Counted from the stretch's first letter, positions 49,038 through 58,323 are shown. The stretch: 64,000 nt of DNA from Thermodesulfobacteriota bacterium (GCA_965208155.1 OZ242322.1:1153732-1217731); one strand, 5' to 3'. Made by a program: numbers and translations. The notes: a model not told the origin generated them from the sequence alone.

Positions 49038-49655
49038 CTATTGCAGGACAATCTCCCGCAGCCTGAGCTTTTTTCCCTCCTGAGTCACAAGCGACGGCAC
49101 TTTTTCAATCTTGAGCCTCCTGAGCATAAAAGGACTTGCCTTGTATACTGGTTGACCCGCAAGCAAGGAAGCTCTTCGGATATCACCGTCTGTGAGCAGC
49201 AGAATCGGGTTTTCACTTCTTTTATCTGCCTCCTCAAGCGCCCTTTTCACCTGGTCCTCCCTCAGCACCAGAATGCTTTTCGAAAGCGCCATGTGGTCAA
49301 GCGGATTCACGGCACCAGCGGGAAAAATCATCGCTCCGGTATGGTCGCGCAGCGGATTCCGCACATTCACCGAAGGGTCGACGTAACGTACCCGCTCAGA
49401 AGTGGCTGATGGGACGTCAAGAGAAACAAAAAAGTGCTGCGCCCAGGATTCCCGGACTTTTTTCTCCATGCTCCCCCGAAGCGCCGCCATTGAGATATCC
49501 CCCGCCTTTCTCCGCACGTAGGAAAGCATGTCCTCTTCCTCTATCTCGTAGAGGCGCCCGTGAACCCCGAGATCTTTCCCCGAGGCCGGCACCGAGTGGG
49601 ACTGGACAAAAAAGACCGAGGCTAGAACAATGGAAATCCACGCCCGACTATCCAT
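49038..49655 (-). CDS. traW: F-type pilus assembly protein TraW
   Basis: Signal peptide, KDLGVHGRLYEIEEEDM N-terminal motif; ~205 aa. Lies between trbI/peptidase and (in F) traU. Confidence 0.8.
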   Translation of the reverse strand: MDSRAWISIVLASVFFVQSHSVPASGKDLGVHGRLYEIEEEDMLSYVRRKAGDISMAALRGSMEKKVRESWAQHFFVSLDVPSATSERVRYVDPSVNVRNPLRDHTGAMIFPAGAVNPLDHMALSKSILVLREDQVKRALEEADKRSENPILLLTDGDIRRASLLAGQPVYKASPFMLRRLKIEKVPSLVTQEGKKLRLREIVLQ

Positions 49656-50116
49656 GATTTTCTCGCAAACCCCCAGTATCTTGAATCATAGCTTCTCTCA
49701 CCGTCTCCAAGAACGAAGTAGCTGCCGGCGGGAATCACCCCGTCGTGCCGGAAGCTTGCGACCGCAGCTCCCCTTGAATCATGTCCTTTTGCGACGGCCA
49801 CTCTCTTGCCGTTTAAGTAGAACTCCCTGCCTTGGGTCCTGAGCGTATCGCCAGGGCAGCCGACGAACCTCTTCGCGAAAACCGTTCCGTAACCCCAGTA
49901 GGGATTGTGGACGTTCAGGCGAAAAAGTCCTATGCTCCGGGGCCCGCAGGCGACCTCCCCGCCCCGCACCGTCAGAAACACCCGGTGGGGAAGCGATCCC
50001 GACACGTTAAACGAGATACGAATCCCGAAGAGATACGCCCCCGCGAGCAAAGCAAGGACCAGAAAAACCGAAACGGCCCCCCGCGCTCCCGCGCATACCC
50101 GCAAAAAATCACTCAT
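49622..50116 (-). CDS. S26-family signal peptidase (conjugative TraF/TrhF-type pilin peptidase)
   Basis: GDGERSYDSRYWG box E. N-terminal TM. Confidence 0.8.
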   Translation of the reverse strand: MSDFLRVCAGARGAVSVFLVLALLAGAYLFGIRISFNVSGSLPHRVFLTVRGGEVACGPRSIGLFRLNVHNPYWGYGTVFAKRFVGCPGDTLRTQGREFYLNGKRVAVAKGHDSRGAAVASFRHDGVIPAGSYFVLGDGERSYDSRYWGFARKSWIVGRGFPLF

Positions 50117-50462
50117 TCCCCTCTCCCCGGGCGGAGAGTTCTTCGAGCACCTCCCCGGTTATGTCTCTCCCGCCCCCGAGGACCGACTTTGCGTCAAGCA
50201 CGAGATATCCCTCTTTTTCATAATTGACAAGAACCTCGCCGAACCGCAGGAAAAACCGCCCGACCCGCTCCTCCGCATCCTCGCGCGACAGTTCCCCGCG
50301 AAGCACCCTTTCGAATATCCTTTTTTTCTCCTCTGAGATCACCGTCTCAAGATCTATGAAAACCACCTTTTCGCCCTTCTGCGAAACCCCGCATGAGAAA
50401 ACCCCCAAGACAGCCAGGGCCGCAAGCGCGGCCAGGAGAACCGAAACCCTGATCCCTTTCAT
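50109..50462 (-). CDS. trbI: TrbI-like small F-type transfer protein (position-based; weak sequence match)
   Basis: Small signal-anchored protein sitting between traC and traW exactly as F trbI. Internal ATG chosen to abut the traC stop. Confidence 0.45.
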   Translation of the reverse strand: MKGIRVSVLLAALAALAVLGVFSCGVSQKGEKVVFIDLETVISEEKKRIFERVLRGELSREDAEERVGRFFLRFGEVLVNYEKEGYLVLDAKSVLGGGRDITGEVLEELSARGEGNE

Positions 50463-52978
50463 CTTTTCCCCCGGGAAGTCTCGACGCACCGCTCTATGGC
50501 TTCTCGCACTTCCATTCCCTCCGATATGAATCCGTTAAGAAGCGAGACGTCGTCTGGGTTAGTGGTGTAGGTCCAGTAGGAAAAAGGGTCGACGACCAGG
50601 CGCCCGAGGCCCATGCCGCGCTCGCTGTTGTATATGAACACCTCTGAGAACTCCCCGGGGCGCGTAGAGAGCGTAGAGACAAGCTCCCCGAAGTAATCCC
50701 CGAGAAGAAGCTTTCCTCCCCTTTTTATCTCCTCGACGCTTTCCCCCTTCTGGCGGAGCATGAACATCCAGGCCGAGTTCTCAAGCACCGACTCCCCGAG
50801 GTCCCCCGCCCTGTAGAAGTCAAGCAGGCTCTGGGTCACGGAGACAAACGCGCCGTTATACTTCCGGGCTCTGCGGTACCCGTGCGCTATGAACTCCCCC
50901 GAGAACCCCCCGCCGAGAAGATCCCACGCCTCGTCTATTATCGCGAGCTTCCGCCGCTCGCGGCCCCCGAGGTACATCTCCCTCTCTATGTGCCAGATGA
51001 TCATCAGCACCACGACGGTCTGGAGCTCGGGCTTTGACTTAAGCTCCTCAAGCTCAAGCACGCAGAGGTCCCTCTCAAACGAGAGGTTTGACGGTCCCTC
51101 GAAAAACCGCCCGTACTGCCCGCGGGATGTGTAGGCGTAGAGCATGTGCGCAAGGTCCTCCGAGCGCCGCTTCGGGTCGGAGATCCCCGAGAGCGCCTCC
51201 ACGACGTCGTCTATCCGTGCCTCGGGGCCGCGGCGCTCCCACGCCTTCTTTATCGCCTCTTCGAGAAGCGATTTCCCGAGGTCACCTATTTTCTCGGACG
51301 GAGAGGCCATCTGGGCGAAAAGGGGCTTTAGCAGCTCCATGTCCTCGTCTATGTCCGTTATGCGGGAGAAGGGGTTAAGCGAGATCCCGCTTTTCTCGTC
51401 AAACACCACGAACTCCCCGCCCACAAGTCCGCAGAGCTTCTCATAGGAGCGGCCTATGTCTATCACGAACACCCGAGCCCCCTCCGAGAGATACCCGGTG
51501 ATCATGTCCGAGGTGAGAAACGACTTGCCCGAGCCCGACTGCGCGAACACCGCGCAGTTGTAGTTTGAAGCCGAGGCGAAAAGATCAAGCTTCATTATCT
51601 GTCCCCTCCTCGATATGAAGGTAAGCGGCCCCCCGCCCGTCCCCTTCCAGTCAGACATCACGGGAAGGATGGAGGCCCCGGCTGAGCTCTGCATGGTCAA
51701 GTTCCGCCTGAGAAGCTTTGTGAGGGCCGCCTCTCCGCCAAGCGGCAGGCTTTCAAGGAGAAGGGGAAGCACTATGTATCTCTCCTCTCTGAGGTCGAAG
51801 TTCCGCGCCCTCCATATTCCGGTCACCATCTCCCTTACGCGCTCCGCCTCCTCTGTGCTTCGGGTCCTGAGAAAGAGGCTGAGCGACCCCATTACCAGCC
51901 CCTCGTCCTCAAGGGCGTTAACCAGAAAATCGAAGTTCTCTGACTTTCTCCTGAGCCTCGGTATGAATCTCGTCACAAGCCCGAAGCTCTGCTGCTTCAC
52001 CACGGCGGCCTTGGCCCGCACTTCGGAGGCTTTTTTTCTCTCGGGGATTACGAACCCGGCCTGGAGAAAGAAGTACGCGGGCACCTGGGAGAGTCCCCGA
52101 AGCGGGTCTCCCAGCAGCTCGTGGAACTCATCAAGGGAGAAGTACTCGGGCATGGACGCGGGGGAGTATCCCCGAAGGCGCGCGTCCCCGAGCGAAATCT
52201 CCCCCGCCCCCACTTCCATCATCGTCTCGCGGTCTATTACCTGGTTTCTTATCTCGTCGCGCGGGTCGTAGGGCCCCCCGCCCGCCCGGTCGAGATAGTA
52301 GGGGTCATCGTACCAGCGCCCGTCGGGGTTAAGCGCCTCGCGGAGAATGAGGATCAGCTGCGCCGGGGGCAGGTCGCGGGGGTGAAGCTGCGCTGAGCCG
52401 AGAACCCCGGCCACGTTCGCCCCGAGCTTGCGGGCGCTTTCTGTGTGTTTCTCCCACTCCGTGTCCTTTTTCTCTGCGGAGCCGGCTGGGATCCTGACCG
52501 AAACCAGAAAGCGGAAGTCCCTCGCGGGAACCCCGACCCTCTCGCGCATCCCGAGGGTGTAAAGCCGCTTTCTCTCGGCCGTGATCTCCCGGCAGATGCC
52601 GCCCCGCCCCGATTCTTCCACGGGGAAAAACGGGGATATGACCTCGGAGGCAAACACGTGGAACTTAACCGAGGTCCCGGCCGGAAGCACCCGGTCGCCT
52701 AGCATTCCGCCCAGTATCCTTTTTGTGTCCTCCCCGGCGAAAAGAAGAGGGTTTATCTCCCACACAAACCCAGCCGACATGTCGGCAAGCACGTACATCC
52801 CGTCTTCCCAGGCCACGTAGGGAAGGTAGCGGGAAAGCGAATCCCTGGCCGCAAGATCCCGAAACCGCTCTTTCGCCACGCCCATCAGGGACCCTTCCCC
52901 GCTCCCCGAAGGCGCATTTCCCCGGGATAGCCCCCCGGGCGGCGGCCAAGCGGAGCTGTCTTTCCGCCGATTGTCCAC
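50459..52978 (-). CDS. traC: TraC (VirB4-family T4SS ATPase), F-type
   Basis: SRYLPY N-terminal motif; Walker A SGSGKS; 808-839 aa (an alternative start at 52885 overlaps the traV stop). Confidence 0.9.
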   Translation of the reverse strand: MDNRRKDSSAWPPPGGLSRGNAPSGSGEGSLMGVAKERFRDLAARDSLSRYLPYVAWEDGMYVLADMSAGFVWEINPLLFAGEDTKRILGGMLGDRVLPAGTSVKFHVFASEVISPFFPVEESGRGGICREITAERKRLYTLGMRERVGVPARDFRFLVSVRIPAGSAEKKDTEWEKHTESARKLGANVAGVLGSAQLHPRDLPPAQLILILREALNPDGRWYDDPYYLDRAGGGPYDPRDEIRNQVIDRETMMEVGAGEISLGDARLRGYSPASMPEYFSLDEFHELLGDPLRGLSQVPAYFFLQAGFVIPERKKASEVRAKAAVVKQQSFGLVTRFIPRLRRKSENFDFLVNALEDEGLVMGSLSLFLRTRSTEEAERVREMVTGIWRARNFDLREERYIVLPLLLESLPLGGEAALTKLLRRNLTMQSSAGASILPVMSDWKGTGGGPLTFISRRGQIMKLDLFASASNYNCAVFAQSGSGKSFLTSDMITGYLSEGARVFVIDIGRSYEKLCGLVGGEFVVFDEKSGISLNPFSRITDIDEDMELLKPLFAQMASPSEKIGDLGKSLLEEAIKKAWERRGPEARIDDVVEALSGISDPKRRSEDLAHMLYAYTSRGQYGRFFEGPSNLSFERDLCVLELEELKSKPELQTVVVLMIIWHIEREMYLGGRERRKLAIIDEAWDLLGGGFSGEFIAHGYRRARKYNGAFVSVTQSLLDFYRAGDLGESVLENSAWMFMLRQKGESVEEIKRGGKLLLGDYFGELVSTLSTRPGEFSEVFIYNSERGMGLGRLVVDPFSYWTYTTNPDDVSLLNGFISEGMEVREAIERCVETSRGKR

Positions 52979-53376
52979 CGTCCCTCACCCGAGACCACGT
53001 ATGTGTACTTGCCCGAGTGAAAAACGCCGCGGCCATCCTGCCACGGGGCTATCCAGAGACGTATTACGGGCGGGGGGACGTAAACGGGCATCGCTTCCTC
53101 CGTCCGCGCTGCCTTTTTCTCCTCCGCCCGCCCGCGCGTGTTTTTTCCCGCGCGAAACGCCCCGCCCTTAAGAAATCTTCTCCCCTCGCCCGCGCTTTTT
53201 TTCTCCTCGGGGGTCATCCCCGGCTCCCCGCTTCCCCGCTCTGCCTCGGCGTAGACCCGGGAGACGCTTTTGCACGAGTGGCCCTCCAGGACGGGGCAGC
53301 CGTAGCGCGACGTCCCCCCGGCGCAGCCGGAAAGCAGCAGGGCGAAGAGTGAGAGAGCGAAGGCTGACTTCCTCAT
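52885..53376 (-). CDS. traV: TraV lipoprotein (F-type T4SS outer-membrane core)
   Basis: Lipobox LLSGC; paired Cys; PVIRLWIAPWQDGRG motif. Confidence 0.7.
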   Translation of the reverse strand: MRKSAFALSLFALLLSGCAGGTSRYGCPVLEGHSCKSVSRVYAEAERGSGEPGMTPEEKKSAGEGRRFLKGGAFRAGKNTRGRAEEKKAARTEEAMPVYVPPPVIRLWIAPWQDGRGVFHSGKYTYVVSGEGRWTIGGKTAPLGRRPGGYPGEMRLRGAGKGP

Positions 53377-54536
53377 CCCCCCTCCTTTGCGTAAGCGGTA
53401 CTTCTCGGGGCAAGTTCTGTCCCCTCGGTTATTATCACGTCGACGCGGCGCCCCGCGTCTATCTCTATTACGGGAAACACCTCCTCTGCGAGTTCGAGGT
53501 AGTATTCGGCAAGCAGCCTTCCGGCTTCCCCCGCTCCCCCGCCAAGGCCGGTCTTAACGAGGTCGCGCGATGAGTTCGAGCTCACGGTAAACGTTCCCCC
53601 CGCGACCACCCCGGTGGTCGAATTCGAGCTCTCGACCGCTTCGCCGAACCCCGAGGCGAATCCGGAGAGGATTGCGCGCGAGAGCATCTTTCCCTGTTTT
53701 GAAACGAGCCGCCCGCGGATTCCCGTCTTTCCGTCCTCCCCGGCCACGTATCCCTTTATCTTGGTGTCTATAACGTCCCCCGAGCGAAGCACGCAGGCTA
53801 TTCTCTCAAGCCTTACGTACGCCCTCTCGCTTGCGAGCTGTCCGTAGCCGGCCCCCGTAATGTGGCAGCGCGCTATGTCAAGGAGCCTCCCGCCGGGCAG
53901 GCGGGAAGGTTCCACAAGGTATATCAGCACGGGGTGGGGGTTTCGCGCGGCGCCGGTCGCGGTTGGGGCGTCAAGGCCGCTTAGAAGCACGCCGGGGACA
54001 AAGCTTCCGGAAGGAATCCAGTTAAGCAGCGCCGTTTGCGCGGTACCCACGTCGCCCACATCGCCCCCGATGGGGGAGAAAACCCGTATTTGCGCAGGCT
54101 CGGGCGCAGGCGGTGGAGGGGGCGGGGCGGCGGGAGGGAATCCCGCTTCGGGCGGGGTTTCGTCCGCGGGAGGCGGGTAGGGGTGGCGTTCCCGCGGCTC
54201 TAGCTCTCCTAGCATGGCTGAGACGGCCTCAAGCGTTTTTTTTATCTCTCTCTGCTCTGTCTCTATCATCCCCAGGCGCCGCTCTCCCTCTATTCGCCAT
54301 TTCTCCCGGGCGAGATCCACTCCCCGCAGGATCTTTATGCTCCCCCGCGGCTTTTTCTCCCCCAGAAGCCCCTTTTCCTCTCCGCCAAGCAGAAGCAGAA
54401 AAAGAGCTACTACGAAAAGCCCCGAGAGAAGCACCCCCGCCGCGAGCACCTGGCGTTTTCTCCCGGCGAAGATTTTCCTGATCCTGGCGATCATCTGGGA
54501 GGCTCCTTTTTCGTAACCACGAAAACCCGCCCCCAC
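53373..54536 (-). CDS. traB: TraB (VirB10-like), Pro-rich linker
   Basis: N-terminal TM, Pro-rich region, and a C-terminal VirB10 beta-barrel pattern (start possibly 54494). Confidence 0.8.
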   Translation of the reverse strand: MGAGFRGYEKGASQMIARIRKIFAGRKRQVLAAGVLLSGLFVVALFLLLLGGEEKGLLGEKKPRGSIKILRGVDLAREKWRIEGERRLGMIETEQREIKKTLEAVSAMLGELEPRERHPYPPPADETPPEAGFPPAAPPPPPPAPEPAQIRVFSPIGGDVGDVGTAQTALLNWIPSGSFVPGVLLSGLDAPTATGAARNPHPVLIYLVEPSRLPGGRLLDIARCHITGAGYGQLASERAYVRLERIACVLRSGDVIDTKIKGYVAGEDGKTGIRGRLVSKQGKMLSRAILSGFASGFGEAVESSNSTTGVVAGGTFTVSSNSSRDLVKTGLGGGAGEAGRLLAEYYLELAEEVFPVIEIDAGRRVDVIITEGTELAPRSTAYAKEGG

Positions 54537-55183
54537 TCCCCCGGCCCGAGCGAGGCGCGCTCCATGCCCACCGCCACAGTTTCGGGGGAAACAAGGAACA
54601 TGCTCTCACTAAGCGCGACGGTCCCGGAGCCCGAGTTTCTTACAACGTAGAGCGTGGCCAGAAAAGGGGGCGCCGCCGCCTGCGCTCCCCGCGCGACGTG
54701 AAGCGAGCGGGAGAGTTTCTGCTCCTTCTTTTCCCCGGTCGTTGAGTTGTCCCGGGCGAGTGAGAGCACGAGATCGGTTATGGCTTCCTCGTAGGGAAGG
54801 GCTTGCGTGCCTCCGGCCGGGCCGGGGGAGGGTGAGTCCCTGTCCCTGATTATAGCGGTTCGCGAAGGCCCCTCCTCGGGCGAGAGCAGAAGGGTGAGCC
54901 TTCTTTTTTCGGTAAGGATTATCAGTTCCGCCGGCTCTTCGGTCCTAACGAGCACGGAGCGGCCGATTATCTTAACGTCCATTGCCCCGCTTGAGGAAAA
55001 AGCGTTTGTTACGGTTTCAGGGAGCTCTATTCTGTTTGTGTCGGTGCGCGATACCTCAAGCGACACGGGTTTTTCTTGCGGCGCTCCCCCGAGATCTATG
55101 GTGAGGGCGGCCGCGGCCTGGGCGAAGGCAAAAAGCGCGGCGGCGAAGCCGGCAAGGGTGCGCGGGAGAAAATCAGTATTCAC
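54491..55183 (-). CDS. traK: TraK (VirB9-like secretin-type core protein), F-type
   Basis: Signal peptide; 230 aa; sits between traE and traB. Confidence 0.7.
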   Translation of the reverse strand: MNTDFLPRTLAGFAAALFAFAQAAAALTIDLGGAPQEKPVSLEVSRTDTNRIELPETVTNAFSSSGAMDVKIIGRSVLVRTEEPAELIILTEKRRLTLLLSPEEGPSRTAIIRDRDSPSPGPAGGTQALPYEEAITDLVLSLARDNSTTGEKKEQKLSRSLHVARGAQAAAPPFLATLYVVRNSGSGTVALSESMFLVSPETVAVGMERASLGPGEWGRVFVVTKKEPPR

Positions 55184-55763
55184 CGCCGCCCCCTGCCTCT
55201 TCGTCTTCTACAAGCTCCGTTACGAGCGGGCGGTTAAGGGCTCCGAGAGAGAAGCGGATACGGTACGTAACCTCCCTCTGGCCGGTCACCACGTTTCCGA
55301 CCACCCTTACGCGCTGCCCCGAGACCGCCACGACCGCCCCTTCTTCCTCTACTGCCACTGTTTTCGGGAAAAACGCCTGGGCGATCCCGCTTGCCTTTAT
55401 CTCTTTTGACTTTTGGAGCAGAAATCCCGAGATGGGGTCGTAGCTCTCGGGGTGTACGTAGAGGAGAAACTGCCTTATGTTAAAGTCAACGCTCTCTGCG
55501 GTGAAGGAAGCGACGAAGGGAAGCAGGCCGAGCGCCCACTGCTCAGTGTAGGCAAGAGACGCCCCGCCCGCCGCGCTCATGGTGAAGTCCTTGTGCGCGT
55601 ACTCGGGGACGTGGACGTGCACGGTTGTCCGCTCAGAGAGCCTTTTCATGTGGCAGCCCTGAAGGGCCACTGTTACGCAGAGCGCCCCCACGGCGAAGCG
55701 GAGCAGCCCGTTTTCCCGGGCGAGGTTAAGCCATCTTTCCCTGAACGTGCGTATGAGCATCAC
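55173..55763 (-). CDS. traE: TraE (VirB8-like) F-type
   Basis: N-terminal TM; ~196 aa; position after traL. Confidence 0.75.
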   Translation of the reverse strand: MMLIRTFRERWLNLARENGLLRFAVGALCVTVALQGCHMKRLSERTTVHVHVPEYAHKDFTMSAAGGASLAYTEQWALGLLPFVASFTAESVDFNIRQFLLYVHPESYDPISGFLLQKSKEIKASGIAQAFFPKTVAVEEEGAVVAVSGQRVRVVGNVVTGQREVTYRIRFSLGALNRPLVTELVEDEEAGGGGEY

Positions 55764-56026
55764 TCGCAGAACCTCTCTTTTCTGCTCTCGGGCCTCACCC
55801 CCGAGAGGCCGTACCAGTAGGCGAGGTGAACCAGGAAGGCGCTTCCCCGCCCGGACTTCAGGCGCTCAAGCAGCCAGGCAAGCGCGAACCCCGCGAGCAG
55901 CCCGCCGAGTATCTGGCCCGAAAGAGCCCCGATCCCGAACGCCCCCGAGAAAAGCGCCACCTCGTCAATTTCCCACCAGAATATCTGCGGGGGGTCGTCT
56001 ATGTACCTCGGGATTTTTGTTCTCAT
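55760..56026 (-). CDS. traL: TraL (VirB3-like) F-type
   Basis: IPRYIDDPPQIFWWEIDE...HLAYWYGL matches TraL. Confidence 0.8.
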   Translation of the reverse strand: MRTKIPRYIDDPPQIFWWEIDEVALFSGAFGIGALSGQILGGLLAGFALAWLLERLKSGRGSAFLVHLAYWYGLSGVRPESRKERFCE

Positions 56027-56386
56027 CTAGAATGTTCCCGTGGCTATTCCCTCTATCAGCGCCGGGCCGAGTGAGACCACAAGCGCCACCGCTATTCCCA
56101 TTAGCGCCGGGAAAAGGGTCTGGCGCATGATGGACGCCCCGAGACCCACTATAAAGGTGCAGAGCGCGAGCAGCCGTCCCAGGTAGCCCGTCGACCATCC
56201 CTTGACCTTTGTGTATATGCCCACGAACTCCGTGCCCGTGGTTCCCCCGAGCGCCCACTCGGGGTAAAGAAGCACGAGGCACAGGACCGCGAGAAAAACG
56301 GCCGCCGCGGTAGCGGAAATCCTTGCGGATGTTCTCATATGGCTATCCTCCTTGTAAGATTGCCTGTGTGCGTGAGAATGCGGCAC
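56027..56386 (-). CDS. traA: TraA-like propilin (two hydrophobic segments; long leader)
   Basis: ~100-119 aa with a leader plus two hydrophobic helices. Position is immediately upstream of traL, as in F. Confidence 0.5.
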   Translation of the reverse strand: MPHSHAHRQSYKEDSHMRTSARISATAAAVFLAVLCLVLLYPEWALGGTTGTEFVGIYTKVKGWSTGYLGRLLALCTFIVGLGASIMRQTLFPALMGIAVALVVSLGPALIEGIATGTF

Positions 56387-56436
56387 ATGTCTTTTTTCAT
56401 GTCACATCACCTGAGGCCGCTCCGCCTGTCTTTCCC

Positions 56437-56793
56437 CTACGCCTCGTCCACGGCGCCCCATACGTCGACCACCGAGCGGAACCACTCCTTTGAAATAGGC
56501 TTCTCAGGAAGCATCTCCGCGCCGAGGCTTATTATCATCTCCGCGATTTCCTCCGGGGTGCGGTCCTCCCTCTTCGCGTTCTCGCTAAGCAGGGAGTAGT
56601 GTTTCTCCGAGACGAACACCGTGCCTTCGGCGGGCTCCTCGCCCCCGTTGTTGCATATGTAGTCCATCTCTATCAGCATCTCGAGATACTCCCCCGAAGA
56701 GAGCTTCCTTTTTCGGGATTCAGACTCAAGCTGCCGGTACGCGTTTTTCGCGATAACCACCGCGATGTTTTTTTCGTGGGTTTCTTTTTTCAT
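56437..56793 (-). CDS. Tandem ribbon-helix-helix protein, TraY-like (two RHH repeats)
   Basis: Two beta-alpha-alpha repeats (KNIAVVIAKNAYRQLE... / EKHYSLLSENAKRE...EIAEMI). Position upstream of traA, as traY in F. Confidence 0.4.
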   Translation of the reverse strand: MKKETHEKNIAVVIAKNAYRQLESESRKRKLSSGEYLEMLIEMDYICNNGGEEPAEGTVFVSEKHYSLLSENAKREDRTPEEIAEMIISLGAEMLPEKPISKEWFRSVVDVWGAVDEA

Positions 56794-56853
56794 ACGCTTA
56801 TCTCCTTTATTTTTTGATTTAGTCAGGACACGTACCGCCCGTTTGAGTTTAAA

Positions 56854-58323
56854 TCATTTCTTTTTTCCCCGAACCCGACACGGCGAGAAGGCGGTTATAC
56901 GCCGAAGCGAAGCGCCCTTTCTTTTTTCAAGCTCAGAGAGCCCCGCCCCGAACGCCTCCGCGAAAACCGGTATCCAGAATCCGCCCCTCGTAACCTTCTT
57001 CCCTCCGCAGGTGTAGTTCCAGAAAGACGCGTAGTATCCCTCGCCCACCCCATCGCCCACCCAGTTTCGGGACTTAAGGGAGTTTGTGACGAGAAGCTTC
57101 GCGCGAAGCTCCCCCGCCCTTGAGGAGTCAAAGAACCTCATGTCCGCTATGTTCTCTTTTTCAATGTGCTCCCGCACGCCGTCAAAAAGGTAGTGGGGGC
57201 AGACGTACACTATTCCGTTTGTGGAGGAGATGGCGCGGGCGAAGGGTTTTTTCTCGAGAGCCTCCACGTTTATCGCGGGTCCTATGTGGCCCTTGAGTAT
57301 CCGGGGGATGTCGCGTACGAGCCACTCTGGGGGCTCCGTGTCTTCTTTGTCTCTGTGTGCCCGCGGGTTTTTCCGGGTGCCCGAGAATTCCTCCTCCCGC
57401 GCCGCCATGTCCGCCTTCTTTAGGCGTTCGAGCAGCGAGTCGGGGTTGCTTGTGGCCCTGTGATGGTTCCTTACCGCGTCTATGACCGAACGAAACAGAA
57501 GCGCTCCATCCTCTCCCCCGCACTCCGTGGCCCACGCACAGAGAGCGCGGGCTGACGCCGCAGCGTGATCATCCTTTACGTAGCGCCCGTCTCCGCCCCG
57601 GCGCAGGTGCTCCATTTTTCCGACATCGTGGGCGAGGGCGGCTATCATGTGCTTTCCGTAAAGGAGCCTTTCGGTGTGGACCGAGTCGTGTATTTCCCCC
57701 ATGCGCCGGGCGACGCGAAGGGAGTGGTCAAGCAGGGTTACCCGCGAGAACCTTTTTGTGGTAGGAGCGAATGTGCTTTTTCCGTCCCCCGAGACTACGC
57801 TTGAGCAGAGGCCGTGGCGGTCAAGTTCGGTGAGGACTCTTTCCAGAAGCGCGAGTTCTCCGAGGCGCGAGAAAAGACGGCTCCGCGGCTCTATCACCTC
57901 TTCCCAGAAAGCGCGGGTGAGGGGATGGGTGAAGGATGGGGAGTCTGCGGCTTTCGAGTCAGAAAGCACTGGGACCCCCGAATCAGAGAGTACAGGGACC
58001 CCTGAGTCAGAAAGTATCGGGACTTCCGCATCAGAGAGTATCGGGATCTTAGAGTGAGAGAGTACAGGGGCCCCCGCGTCGCCTCGGAGCCAAAGAGCCT
58101 CTGCCAGGGCGTCTATGGTGCTCGGCTCAGTCGGGGGCCGGTTTTTTCCCTCACTTGTGGTGAATTCCACTGCCATGGGGCCGTCGCCGCTTTTTCTTTT
58201 CGTCGCAAGCGCGAAAAGCGCCGCGCCGAACGTCGTGCAGAGAAGCGAGAAAAGGGCCGCCGCCTCCCAGCTCACCGCCACATGGGGAAGATATTTCATT
58301 TTAGCTTCTCTCCTCTTGCTCAT
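56854..58323 (-). CDS. HD-domain phosphohydrolase-fold protein with an N-terminal TM helix and a (VPxLSDx)n repeat; candidate MobH-type relaxase or accessory protein
   Basis: H...HD...H...D pattern (LLDHSL / LAHDVGK / DDHAAAS). Translationally abutted to the T4CP gene. Confidence 0.55.
   Translation of the reverse strand: MSKRREAKMKYLPHVAVSWEAAALFSLLCTTFGAALFALATKRKSGDGPMAVEFTTSEGKNRPPTEPSTIDALAEALWLRGDAGAPVLSHSKIPILSDAEVPILSDSGVPVLSDSGVPVLSDSKAADSPSFTHPLTRAFWEEVIEPRSRLFSRLGELALLERVLTELDRHGLCSSVVSGDGKSTFAPTTKRFSRVTLLDHSLRVARRMGEIHDSVHTERLLYGKHMIAALAHDVGKMEHLRRGGDGRYVKDDHAAASARALCAWATECGGEDGALLFRSVIDAVRNHHRATSNPDSLLERLKKADMAAREEEFSGTRKNPRAHRDKEDTEPPEWLVRDIPRILKGHIGPAINVEALEKKPFARAISSTNGIVYVCPHYLFDGVREHIEKENIADMRFFDSSRAGELRAKLLVTNSLKSRNWVGDGVGEGYYASFWNYTCGGKKVTRGGFWIPVFAEAFGAGLSELEKRKGASLRRITAFSPCRVRGKKK
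57955..58074. repeat. Five tandem 24-bp in-frame repeats encoding (S/A)(G/E)VP(V/I)LSD octapeptides inside the HD-domain gene
   Basis: GAGTCAGAAAGCACTGGGACCCCC / GAATCAGAGAGTACAGGGACCCCT / ... visible as near-identical units. Confidence 0.7.

Noticed and set aside
51615-52271. 218-aa plus-strand ORF inside traC (and similar 58054-58671 inside the T4CP gene, 26640-29133 inside traG)
   Set aside because: Opposite-strand shadow ORFs within long GC-rich genes.
57955-58074. Possible CRISPR-like or minisatellite array
   Set aside because: The units are contiguous 24-bp in-frame coding repeats with no spacers, inside an ORF. No CRISPR array was found anywhere in the window.
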